Part shown: piece by piece, positions 47,101-58,646 of the stretch
Numbering within the stretch: position 1 is the first letter of the stretch
Layout: the number at the start of each line of letters is the position of its first letter
Assembly: GCA_900088475.1 (NCBI GenBank)
Contig: FLMG01001035.1
Span: 1-63,759, forward strand
Source of the DNA: Hyphochytrium catenoides
Taxonomy: Eukaryota > Protista > Hyphochytriomycota
DNA: 63,759 bases
Direction: 5' to 3'
Made by a program: the position numbers and the translations under genes
The notes under the pieces: generated by a model
The model's input: only the letters and a program-made list of their open reading frames with translations
Told to the model about the DNA's origin: nothing
Database searches by the model: none

Positions 47101-50100
47101 GAGTGCAAGAAGTGCTGGGAAGGTTACGAGCCTCAAGGCGTTGAGGGAGAGGCAACCCTGAGGGAGATCAAAGACTCCCTCCTGCAGCAGGTTCGACCCC
47201 GGGGGATAAATCTCCGGGAAGAGTTCTTTCTAGCTTGCAAGAGGCGAGCCGAGGTGGCCAGCAGAAGAGGAGATGGGGAGGAACTCCAGATAAAGAACAT
47301 GGACGATCTGCCAGGTTGTCCGTGCTACTCATCTTCCGAACCATGACTTGTTTCTTGCTTCAAGTCTGACTAGCTCGTTATCCGGGCCCTAACTCTTTGA
47401 TATACACTTAGAGGAGTTCCGGAGCATCTCCAAAGCGGAGTTTGAACGTATTCTGCAGCGAGTAAAGGTGAAAGTGCGCAGTGAGGCTCTGGCGCAGCTG
47501 GTCTCTTTCTTTGACAAGAACCAGGATGGAAAAATCGATCTTAAGGAACTTGATCATTTCCTTGACCCCAAAGCTGCGGTAAGGCCTTCTAGCCTTTCTT
47601 CTAGTCCATCAGGTGTCTCTGTTTGCTTGTCTTCCTCTTTATAAAGCCCTTCTCCATTCTGTTCGGCTTCTTGCTCTGATTGATCAATGATCTGCACGTC
47701 CTATGGCTTCTCCCCTTTCTTTAGATTCAGGCTCGAAATGTCTTTATGTGCCTGTGTGGTACAATAGCAGCAGCGGGGTTATCACGTCTCTAAACTCCGT
47801 TTCTCTCCCTTCAGTTCCTAAAAGTCTCTACCGAATGGAGTATGAAGAAGCGTCAGACATATCTCGGTGTGCTGAAGGCTCTTAGCTCCGCCAAACGAGA
47901 AGAAGAGCGCGTACGGACTCTCATCAGCTCAGGCAAGCCTCCAGGTCCTCCAGAGCTTTTAAAGGGCATAGAGGAGGACGGTGACCCCACCTCGGAGCTC
48001 TTCCTCTATTGGAAACCACCGAAAGTTGCCGGCAACAATGTCGCCTCTTTCTATGTGTTGGAGACCTCAGGTGTTGGTGAGTGGCAGCAGCAGAAGGGCT
48101 GTGAGCGTGAAGACAACGTAGAAACACGCTTAAACCTAGCAATCTCTTCTACAGTGGAAGTATGAGCACGAACTACTAGCCGATGTGTCTATAGCAACTA
48201 TGCACTCATTACCCTTATTCTCTCCTACTTAGAGGGCAGCAAGAGCCAGCTTTCCAACGATTTCAAGGAGGTCTGCAGAGATCCTAAAGACTTTGACGAC
48301 AATGGTGGCGAACCCCGATGCTACTTCCGGGTGAGCGGCTTAAACCCCGCTTCCTCTTACGTCTTCAGACTCAGAGCGGTCAACGGCTTCGGCGCTGGAC
48401 CTTGGATCCAGGGAACCTTCACCACAGCTCCAGCGGCGCCACCGCAGCCGCTGCTTGTCCGAGTGACCACTGACAGCATCACACTGAGGTGGAGAAGGTG
48501 GGAGACGACATTGGAGTTCAGTGGCAGATCCTACCGATGTCTCTGGGCTATTCTTCAAGGCATGGTCTCTCTTTTTGGCATAGTCCCACTATGAGTGTCA
48601 GGGCTCTATCGTGATTTTCTTGTGCCTGCATTCCCTTCTAATCCCTTGACGGTTTTCATGTCCTGCAGTGATCAGGCCTACGCTGGAAAAATTCGCAGGT
48701 TGAAGCAGCTCTTTCAAGAAGCAGATGTGGATGGCAACGGGACCATTTCAAGAGACGAACTCATGAACGAGGTGCGTAGACAATGGACTTTCAAGCTTCT
48801 CTTGGTCCACCATTCGCGGCTTCCTCTTGAGTGTCTGCTTCTTCCTCTTTAGGAATGCAACGTATGCCTCTAGTTTCTACTGGTGGTCCTAACGCATTGA
48901 AGGATCCATGTGTGCTGATGTGCTTCTACTCTCAATATGCCCCGCAGCTTGAGAGAAGGCATCCAAAGCTCGTTGCTTTCCTCCAAAGAACGATGGTAAA
49001 AGGGGTTACTTCTTCTACCGGCGCACCCTTGTCACTGTCCGTCTTCGAGGCCATCGACACCGATGATAGAGAGAGTATTAGCTGGGAGGAGTTCGCACTC
49101 TTCTTCCAGGGCCTGGATCTGGATGATGAGACTGCTCAAGACTTGGGGATCTCTCCAGGTGATGCACAGCAACTATGGGATACTAATCGCACCTTGAGTC
49201 TAAGAACTTCTATCTTGAAGTCATCCTCCTCCCTCTACTCTGCATGGGAGTAGCTCTAATCGTTGTGCTCGCCCAGTCCCAGGCAGCAAGGAGAGTCGAG
49301 GCTCCAGCTTCTCTTCTTCTTCTTCATCCTCTAGTTCGTCTGGGAAGAGCACAGGAAAGGTGTCCAAGGTGCGGTACGTCCTCAAACAATGTCTCTCGGA
49401 CGCGGCGTCTGAGTATGTCGAGGTAAGCTGGAAGACATGAGAGGATCCTCCCAGAGGGCTAACCTCTTCTCTTTATGCAATCGTTGTCTCTCAGGTTTAT
49501 CGCGGAAGCAAGGTCCAGGTCGCTCTTCATGGCCTCAAGTCAGGCACGTCATACCAGGTATGGCACAGGAAGTGTTATGCTTCCCTGGCGTTCTAATATT
49601 CTCCTTTCTCGTGCCTCTGTAACCTCTGTCCTCTGGCACAGTACCGAGTCCAAGCAATGGGTCCGGATGGCCAGCTTAGCCTGCATAGTGATCCAGTGAT
49701 AGTACATACCCGACTGCAGACGCCGGAAGCTCCAATGGTACGGACATGAGATGGCTGTGTTACTGAGCCTCTTTCTGTTGACAGATTCTCCTGCCCTCGT
49801 GTCCCTCGTCTCCCCACTCCTAGCTTCCATCGCTCTCCGTGCTCCCGTTAACCTTAACTGCTGGCTCACCCTCTCTACGTCTTCAAGGTTGTCTCTGGCT
49901 CCGTCACAGCCACCAGTGTGAAGCTGAGATGGCCCGAGATGACAGCCAGTCCCCCGCTTAAGTCGGGTTCAGAGAGCAGGAAGGGAGCCAGGCAGAAAGA
50001 GCAGGTAAGCACAGATGGCAAGTAGCCTAGGAGAAAGGAAACCGTGAGAGTAGAGTCTTATGGCCGCAAACGCGGAACATGACTCGTCGATCGAAGCACC

Positions 50101-52454
50101 AATTGCCTTGCCTATCACCTGGTGTGCAACTCTACCCGCTCTGTGTATGTGCTACTTCCTGTGTATACCGTCTTACTATGTTGTCATCGGCCACCAGGTC
50201 GATAAGCTGTTGAAGGAGTGGACCAAAGCGAAGCAGGAGGAAGACGAGGGGCTGGATGTCCTTCGAAAGTTTGACGAGTACGACAGAGATGGTAGCGGCC
50301 TCTTGGATCTGCCAGAGTTCAAAGCGGTTCTGGAGGACCTTGCCGTAGACCCGTCACCTGAGGTGCTAGCCGAATATTTTGAAGAGTTTGACCAGGTATC
50401 TCATCTACCCGGCGGTTCAAAGCATGGAGTGAACCTTCATTGCGAGTTGCCATTCCTCTCTGTCTGACCATCTTGACTGTTGGTTAGGATAAGAATGGCA
50501 AGATATCTAGAGAGGAATTCGCAGCGTGGTGGAATAAGCCGCATGTTACCTATATCCTGAAGCGTGACGATGGTAAGTCATAGCCTGGCTTTGTGGAGGT
50601 GCAACTTCCTGTTTGTGGCTGATCAATCACTTCGTCGTGCTCTTCATGACCAAACTTATGTCCTCCAGGCATCTCCGAAGAGAAGCTCACACAGCTAGGA
50701 AGCAGTCTGCGTCGGTCCTTGGCCTCTTCTTACCCTCATGTCTGCTATAGAGGCAGAGGCAGAGTTGTGGAGGTGCACGGGCTCCAACCAAACACTCTGT
50801 ACCATTTCAAACTTAGAGCTGTCGGGTCGTTCAGCACCAGTGACCTGGGGAAGGAGCTTCAGGTCCGTGTCCCCCGTCTAGCTGTTCAAATGAGAGCGCT
50901 GAGGACGAACGTTCCCTTGTAATGTTTATTTCTGTTGCTCTTACTGTGTAGATAATGACAGCACCATCACCTCCCACGCCACCTGCCATTGTTGAATTGG
51001 GTGCACGGTCCGTCTCGATGAAATTCTACTCTGGCGATGGCGGTGCCTTTCGCTTCTTGGTGCAACTGCGATTCCTTGAGACCCTGCCAAGCAGTGCGCA
51101 ACCACAGTCGCGGGGTACGCCCAACGCATCACTAACAGGGCGGCAGAGCGACCCTTACGGAGACTGGAAGACAGCCTATGACGGCGATGGCTTCTGTACG
51201 ATAACTGGGCTATTGCCCAACAGGTCAGTACTGACTGCGGTTCCTTACCTCTGTCTCGACGCGGTTTCCTGTTGAGGCTCATTTAAGTTCCAGCCATTTC
51301 TCCTGGCCATCAATTATCAATATGCCTGATAGTAACAATGTCGTCCAGGACTTTTTCCCTCTCCTTGTCAGTGAAAAGACTTTCCTGTTTATTGGGCTCA
51401 GCTGATCTCACCCTATCGTTCATCTTCTGGGTATCGTTTGTCTTTTCAGCGTCTATCGAGTTCGGGTTCAGTGTGTCAACCGTCAGCAGATTGCAAGTGA
51501 GTTCAGCGAGGTAGCGCAGTTCGCGACCAAGTTACCGGATCGTGAGACCACCCTGAAGCCAAGCAATGTCTCGTCCACTTTCACGATGGAGCTACATAGC
51601 CCGTATGTCTGATCTTTGGGCTACCTTTGTTGCTAACTCTCTGTCGTCACGCTCTAAGCGTCCTTCTCCTTCCCCCCACTTGCGTTTCACACTTCTCCCA
51701 TAGCTTAGAGGCTGTGGTTGGAGACGCCATCCTCTTCCAAGAGAGGCTCATACGACATAAAGTCAGCGGAAAAATTGTGGAAGAAACCTATAGGCGTGGA
51801 ACAGCAGGCCCGGGAACAAGTCAAAGTCTTGACATTTCGACGTCACTTACACTGTCGATCGGATCCAACTCTGGCGGTAAATGACAGACACTTTCCATTG
51901 TTCTTTCTTTATCCGATTAAGTGGTTCTCCCTTTGCCCTCTTTTCTTTCCGAACAGATTATGTGGGGAAGCGAACTATAGCGGCGCGCGTGCTGTCCGCC
52001 GGCAGTCTAGGCGACGGTGCTTTGAACGTTGTAAGTCTCAAGAGATGCACTTTTCTATCAAGACAAAGCTGACTCCCTTGTTTGACTGCTTTGCAACTGT
52101 GCAGCAACTCCGGCTCGTCGTCATCTGGGCTACCGTAGTGGAAGAGATGGATGACCAGACTCAACTGCTATCCGCCAGGGGTCGAGCCAAGGTAGTGGAC
52201 GTGCTTTCTGAATGTCAAATCGTGCAGTCTGACAAAAGCTACATCTCTGTGCGAAGGCAAAGCAGAGTAATCCGAGGGACAATATCTCACAGGCAAAGCT
52301 GGTACCAGGCGCCACCATCCTTCGCGACGCGAGAATGATGACTCGATACGAGATGTTCCGGACGCGGTGGTTGCAGGAAGACGGCCGTGGTGAGGAGCTC
52401 TGGAAGAAGAAGCTTCGGCTTAACGGCAATCCACAGTTATCAGTTATCGAATGA
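44178..52454 (+). CDS. Large multi-exon protein: PriCT-2-like domains, coiled coil, EF-hands, four FN3 domains and a conserved C-terminal domain
   Basis: In-frame GT-AG exons traced by hand: 44178-44270, 44335-44472, 44655-..., last exon 52293-52454. EF loops DKNQDGKID, DVDGNGTIS, DTDDRESIS, DRDGSGLLD, DQDKNGKIS; FN3 motifs GLNPASSYVFRLRAVN, GLKSGTSYQYRVQA, GLQPNTLYHFKLRAV, GLLPNSVYRVRVQCVN. Not every internal exon was verified. Confidence 0.8.
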
Positions 52455-53195
52455 TAGGCTAAAGTAAGCCTGCTGTACAGCGATGTCTATAGCAGATAGA
52501 TCCCACGCTTCTCCGCCAGAGCAGTCTGTGGAGGAGCTCTCTGTACCTACCTGGCCAATGAGCGCACAGCAGGAAGCATCTAGCCTAGCGTTCTCCAAGC
52601 CCTAAGTTATTGTAATGTAGAAGGTGCTATGTTTGGCTTCTTTCTGTTCCTTGCTGTATGAGCTCATTAGCTCCATAGTATATGGGACAGATCCCTATCT
52701 ATCAACTGCAGATGAGATGCTCACAGAAGACATGGCGACATGGCATTGAGGGGGATGCACATTCAGAGCGTCTACAGAAATCTTCAAAAAGAAGCAGAAA
52801 CTCTATTTCTATCTGAAAGGCTCAGCTTTCGGTTTTGCAAGTATGCAAGTCGCGGGGCCCAAACTTGGTCTACTTTTATTTACAAAAGGTTGGAAACTGA
52901 AAGGTACGGTTTCATACTCAAATCTGTCTGAGTGATTTGCTTGATGAGTTAGGAAATTCCATGTTTAGAATTAAAAATATTTTGTTTGAAACTTCAACTT
53001 GTGGGAGCTGAAATGAAGGAAGTTCAGGATGATCATCCGTCGGCCGCCAAACTCAAACCGAGCTCTCAGTGAGCTTCACGCAGACTTGATAGCGAGGCAG
53101 ACGGGCCTGTCCGGAGATGCAATAGATGATCATCCGAACTCGATATTTCTTGATCACTGTGAAGAGGAAGAGCGATACACGGAGTACGAGGTAGA

Positions 53196-54300
53196 ATGGC
53201 TGCGTTTGGAAGTATCCGCGCCCTCCACTGGGTCTTCAAGATTACCGAACGAAAGCGGACTATGGAGTTCTATGCGAAGGTATTGAAGATGAAAGTCCTC
53301 CGCCATGAAGAGTTTGCCGCAGGCTGTGATGCACAATGCAATGGTGAGCTTGGACTCTTCCCCTATTGATCGTCTTTCGTGCTCACTCATTGATGTCAGG
53401 TCCATATGAGGGAAAGTGGTCGAAGACAATGGTTGGATATGGTCCTGAAGATGACCACTTTGTCGTGGAGCTCACCTACAACTACCCTGTGCCCTCTTAC
53501 AAATTGGGAAACGACTTTGCTCATCTAACTGTCAAAGCCCCGGGAGCGATCCAGCGAGCCCATGCCAAGGGGTTCAAAGTGAATGACGCTGAAGGTGTCA
53601 TATACGCACCCGACGGCTACGCCTTCCGCATCCTAGACGAAGAACCAGCACCGGGAGAAGATCCAGTTACAGAGCTCAGCCTAAATGTGACAGACCTTAG
53701 AAAATCTTTGGGTAAGGAATGTTACATGATCAGCGCCAGCGACATTGCCATGTTGTCTAACTTTCCAAGTCAATCTCAGACTTCTATGGGGGCGTGCTAG
53801 GTTTCTCTGTTCTTCGGCAACACAACGACAGCGCCAGCCTTCGGTGCGACCAGAGCTCGACCAGCTGCATTCTTACGCTTCTCAAACTCGCAGAGGGTGA
53901 GACGCTTGACCATGCTGAGGCTTTCGGGCGTGTGGCGTTCAGCATCAAGGACCCAAAGGTAGTCCAGAAGGCAGTCGAAGATGCGAACTTGGGCAGCATC
54001 CAGACGCCGTATATATCCCTTGACACGCCTGGCAAGGCAACTGTTCAAGTCGTGATCCTAACGGATCCGGACGGGTAAGCTCCTTGGATTAGGTTCAATG
54101 AGGTTGTTGGTATCTGAAACTGCTTATCGCCCCCGGCCCCTTCCTTCGTCAGCTACGAGATCTGCTTCGTTGGTGATGATGGCTTTAGAGAGCTATCTCG
54201 CGTGGATTCTGCTGCTCCAGAGCTGCTAGAGACGGCAATGGCGCAGGAAGAGAAGTGGAGCAGCAAGTATCCTAAGGGGCAAGCGCTACCTGTAGCCTAG
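53196..54300 (+). CDS. GLOD4: Glyoxalase domain-containing protein 4 (4 exons)
   Basis: [16 protein letters not shown]...[15 protein letters not shown]|[28 protein letters not shown]...[19 protein letters not shown]|[15 protein letters not shown]. Confidence 0.95.
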
Positions 54301-54706
54301 ATGGGCCAAAGATAGACACTTCACCTATGTTCTATGCAACACCTAACCTCAAATATATAACCCCGGCATAAGGAGGAGTGACACGTTGACCAACGGACGT
54401 TGGCAAGATTGATCATGGAGAATCAATTGGAGGCGAAATGGCTCCGACTCGGCTAAAGTGCATTCTCGTAGAAAAACTAATTATGAGTAGGGTACAGACA
54501 CCAATGAGAGAGTGTGTACCGTAGGACATACCAGTGGAAAGTGTGGCGTCAGTGATTGGCAGGGGAAGGGAATATATTCTTTTTAGCTGAGCAGTGAGGC
54601 CCTTAAAAATAATGTTAGTGCCTCACTGGCCGTAGTGGGACCATTGCGCTCGCCGGCTTGAGCCCGGAGCTCAGACGAAGGCAGGGGGGCGGCGGTTGCT
54701 AACATC

Positions 54707-56333
54707 CTAACCAAGGGCAGGGAAGGCGGTGGTGTCAGCCACGTTGGGGGTGGAGCCAGCAGGTCCGCGAGGAGCNNNNNNNNNNNNNNNNNNNNNNNNN
54801 NNNNNNNNNNNNNNNNNNNNNNNNNNNNNNCTCCCGGCGGTCAAAGTCGCGGCGGCCACGGCCACCACGCTCGCGCGTGTCCTCAGGAGCGCTGGCTCTA
54901 AAGCCAACATCCTCCAGGACAACCTTCTTGCGGCCGGACTTCTTCTCTCTGAAGACCTTCTCAAACTATGGGGCGAGGTGACAGAGGTCGTAAGTCGACA
55001 GGAAGGAAGAAAATGGAAAAGCGGGAAGGACCCACCTGAGACTCAAGGAAATCAGGAGTCTTGCCCTCCTTCTGCAACTTCTTGGCTCCCTGGAAAGCAG
55101 TGGAGTCGACCTCACGGACCTCGCGCTTCTCGAAGGCTTCACCGCTGCGCTGAGTGCCCTTCTTCTTCTCGAGGTACTCCTTAAGCGTCATGGTAGTATC
55201 CTCAGGCTCAGCCTGGTACTCCTCCTCAACGTTCTCAACAGCCTCAGGAGCGCCTTCCTCAGGAGTCTCAGTGCTTGCTTCCTGACCCTGGGCAGCAGCC
55301 CTGTGTACGACATGACAAACGGTCAGACCTCAACATCGGTCGTACACTTGTCAGCATCAGGTGGAGTTCTTACACGGCATCTTGTTCGTTGCCCCAGTTG
55401 GCCTTTCCAGCGCCGCCGCGCTTCTGCTCACGGCTGCGGCAGGAAGTTTTATATTAGCAGCGAAGCTTTAGAAGCAAGATGGAAGGCACTCAACACTTAC
55501 CCGCGACCAGTGCCGCTGTGGCGGTCGTACTCTCTACCACGAGGACGTCTCTCTCCGTCCCTGTAGCCGCCTCTTCTCTCACCCTCACCACGAGGGCCAT
55601 GGCTTTCCTTTACGTCACCCTCTGCAGGTACTCCGCTGTCACGCGGTGGGCGCTCACGGTAGCCGCCCTCACGGAATCCACCCTCACGGTAGCCTCCTTC
55701 GCGGTTAGGGCGAGGACCACGGCCTCCACGGCCGCCGCGGTCTCCACGGCCACCACGGCCACCACTGGAAGACATTGACAAGAATAAGATTGCAGCCATG
55801 ACCCCAGCCGGATCAGATTTATCTACATACCGCTGCGCATCTCTGTTGTCCGATCTGCCGCCCTTCTCAGCGTTGTCCCTTGCGCCCTTCTTGTCGCCTT
55901 TTGTCAGGAAAGCACGTAGATTGAGAACGATAAAGGGAAGAAAGGCGCGCAGAACCTTAGCTTACCTCTTTCCTGCGTCTTCTTGGCAGCTGGAGCGGGC
56001 TCCGCCACCTTGGGCTTCACGTCCTCCTCCCCTTCGGAGTCGAGCAGAGCGAAGATGTTCTGACTCTGCAAATATAAGTCCAGGCATGGCAAGAAAGAAG
56101 CTTTAGATGCGAGGACATATGTACAGGCCAACGGAGATCCCTATACAGCCGCAATGTTGCCATCTATGACGTGCCCAGCAGTTGGAGCTCCAGAGTTCAA
56201 ATATAGGCCCAGAACGATTCTTTTTCTTCCGGATACCCGCCTGCGCTAAAGGTTCCGCATACGCCTACCACTCGCCATCTCTTTCATGACCGATCCTTAC
56301 ACTATAGCCTCTATCCGATTAGACACGTACCAT
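54707..56333 (-). CDS. Stm1/SERBP1/HABP4-family RGG mRNA/ribosome-binding protein (multi-exon)
   Basis: M|SQNIFALLD N-terminal motif, RGG repeats, REYDRHSGTGRG, KREARRRWKGQLG region, MTLKEYL, C-terminal PNVADTTAFPALG*. Confidence 0.9.
54776..54830. other. Assembly gap/masked run of 55 N inside a GC-rich RGG exon
   Basis: N run in the sequence. Confidence 1.
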
Positions 56334-56582
56334 CTTTCCGCTCTTTGGTCCTCGCTTCTTGAGCGAGATTAAGTTACAGACCAACGGAAGCTCGTTGCCG
56401 GTTGGATTTGCTTTCCCTTTTCTACGGTGCAAGCACGCCCTCGCCGCGCTGCCCCTCCCGCTCTAAATGCAGCCGAACCCTTGCCTGCGCTAACCTGCCG
56501 CCAGCTCATGGTTCCTATTCCCTCTTCTCATCCAACCACCGCCCGACACCGGCGCGCCAAAGAATGAGAGAAAAATATTAAG

Positions 56583-56700
56583 CTCTTTCTCTCTCTTTCT
56601 CTCTCTCTTTCTCTCTCTCTTTCCCTCTCTCGTTCCCCATCTCTCATTCTTTCTTTCTTGGTCTCTCTCTCTCTGTCTCTCTCTCTGTGTCTCTCCTCCT
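56583..56700. repeat. (CT)n microsatellite upstream of the Stm1/SERBP1-like gene
   Basis: Direct reading. Confidence 0.9.
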
Positions 56701-58646
56701 TTCTTCCACCATTGATAACCTAGGACAAGTGCAGGAGGAAAGGGCCAAAAGATAGAGACAGAGCAGACAGAAGGCGGCGAAATATCAGATATCAAACCCA
56801 AGCCCCTCGACCCTCAGCAGCAAACTATGTATGAATATGATAGGGAGAAATGGAAGCCTTCAAGCTTGTCTATACCTCCTACTCAGCCTAATATTAGGTA
56901 AGCGCTAGATAGGTAGCAATGTTAGATGGGCTAAGCGAGGCGGTTTAGGATTGGGTATGAAGCAGTTCTTTCTGGTCCACTAGATTCCACACAAGGGGGC
57001 AAGCTAAGGGCAACAAGCGAAAACCTCTTCCAGGTCTCTCAGCCACACAGAGTCAGCTTGTATTACTACCCCTACATCTATAACTATTATGATAGGATAA
57101 ACGGCTGGACTTGTGGCATATTACTGTAAGAATGCTTCTACTCTCTATTCTGGATAAAGACAGGCCTCTTTTCGAAACCACAAGCTCTAGCCAGCCATAT
57201 TCCATTCCAAACCTTATTATTTCAGCCTTATATATGATAGACGGGTCTAACGCTTGAGTTCCTTTCCTTATTACTTTAGCCCTATATTTCCCATCATCAT
57301 GATAATTTGATGTGTTATGATGGTATCTGATGCCTATTATCTGTCATATCGACGATTGGGCTTCTTTGATGGCAGCTGAGCGGAGACCAGGATGCCGCTT
57401 CGTCGCGCCCTCTCGCCAGGGTTTGGAAACCGCTTGGCTTGGAGCCTTGGACAGAGCTTCTCTGCGTCACGCGCCATCAGCATCATCCCATCTCTTCATT
57501 GCCCTCCGAACAGCTCGGCCAACAGTTCTTGATCCGTCCGTCTCCTCCATGTATAGAGCCCATTCTTCGCTTCCCGTGACGGGAGCATCAATAAGCAGGG
57601 CGACCTAAGGACTGCCCTTAGGAGCTAGGTACCTGTATCTCCTGATACTTAGAACACTGCAAACAGACGAGGTTAAAAGGTCTCAGAGATAGAGGGTAAT
57701 GATCAGGCAGTCACGGACAAACTCACATCAAGCTACTATAAGGGGATTGCCTATCGGTGCTTGAAATTCTGGCGAACTTCACGGTATGTACCAACGACAA
57801 GGAAAGGTGATACATTTGAGAGGTAACGTTAACGAACAAAGTACCACTGCCTACTTAATTGTTAGTTGCTATAATGTCGTCTGGCAACAAGAGATGACCC
57901 TCTTAGCTGCTAGTAGGAGCAGCTGGTGAAGCGCGGCTTCGGCGGCTTCTATCGTCTAACAGTCAACAAACCTAAATCGTTCATCGCCGAGTCGATTAGG
58001 TACCTATAAGCTCCGCTATTATATATCTGTACCACCCTTTTGAGGCCAAGAAACGATGCGTCTAAATGACAGCGGTGATGCAACCAGACGAATTGTGAGC
58101 GGGCGGGCATATCTGCGACAACTCAAAGTTGCTCCAGAAGAGCTTGAGAAAGAAACAGCGATACAGTCTCGAAGGTTTCGCAAACAGAAGCTCTGTTCTT
58201 TCAAGATGTTGGCACCGACTGCTGCCTTTTCAGATTCCTATTCTTCTGACCCTCAAGAATGTATAAGCCTAGCGGAGCCAAAAGTAGCTACTACGGTGGG
58301 GCAGACAATTTTCTGTATCAGCTTATTGGGAAGGAAGAAGAAAATGATCGTTCCGAGCCCATCTTTCTCTCTCTCTAGAAAGTCCCACTGAGTTGACTGT
58401 CATTAGTATGTCGAGGACTCAAAGCTGCTCCTCGTTGATACTATTTGCCATTGTTTATGACCATAACGAGAAGCACGCAGACAACCTTTAGCCATTGATA
58501 AAAAGCCGAGCTTCACCCATGCCGAGAGTTTGGACGCTTGCACCACATTGGTTCTTTTGTTTTTATTCCTTTGGACTCGGTCTCAATGAATTCCAGCCTT
58601 CGCCTACCATCCGCATGGAGAAGGGGCATCGTCTTGTGCCACTAGA

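Noticed and set aside
57000-58450. Short ORFs between the Stm1/SERBP1-like and oligopeptidase B genes
   Set aside because: No family motif or consistent splice pattern.
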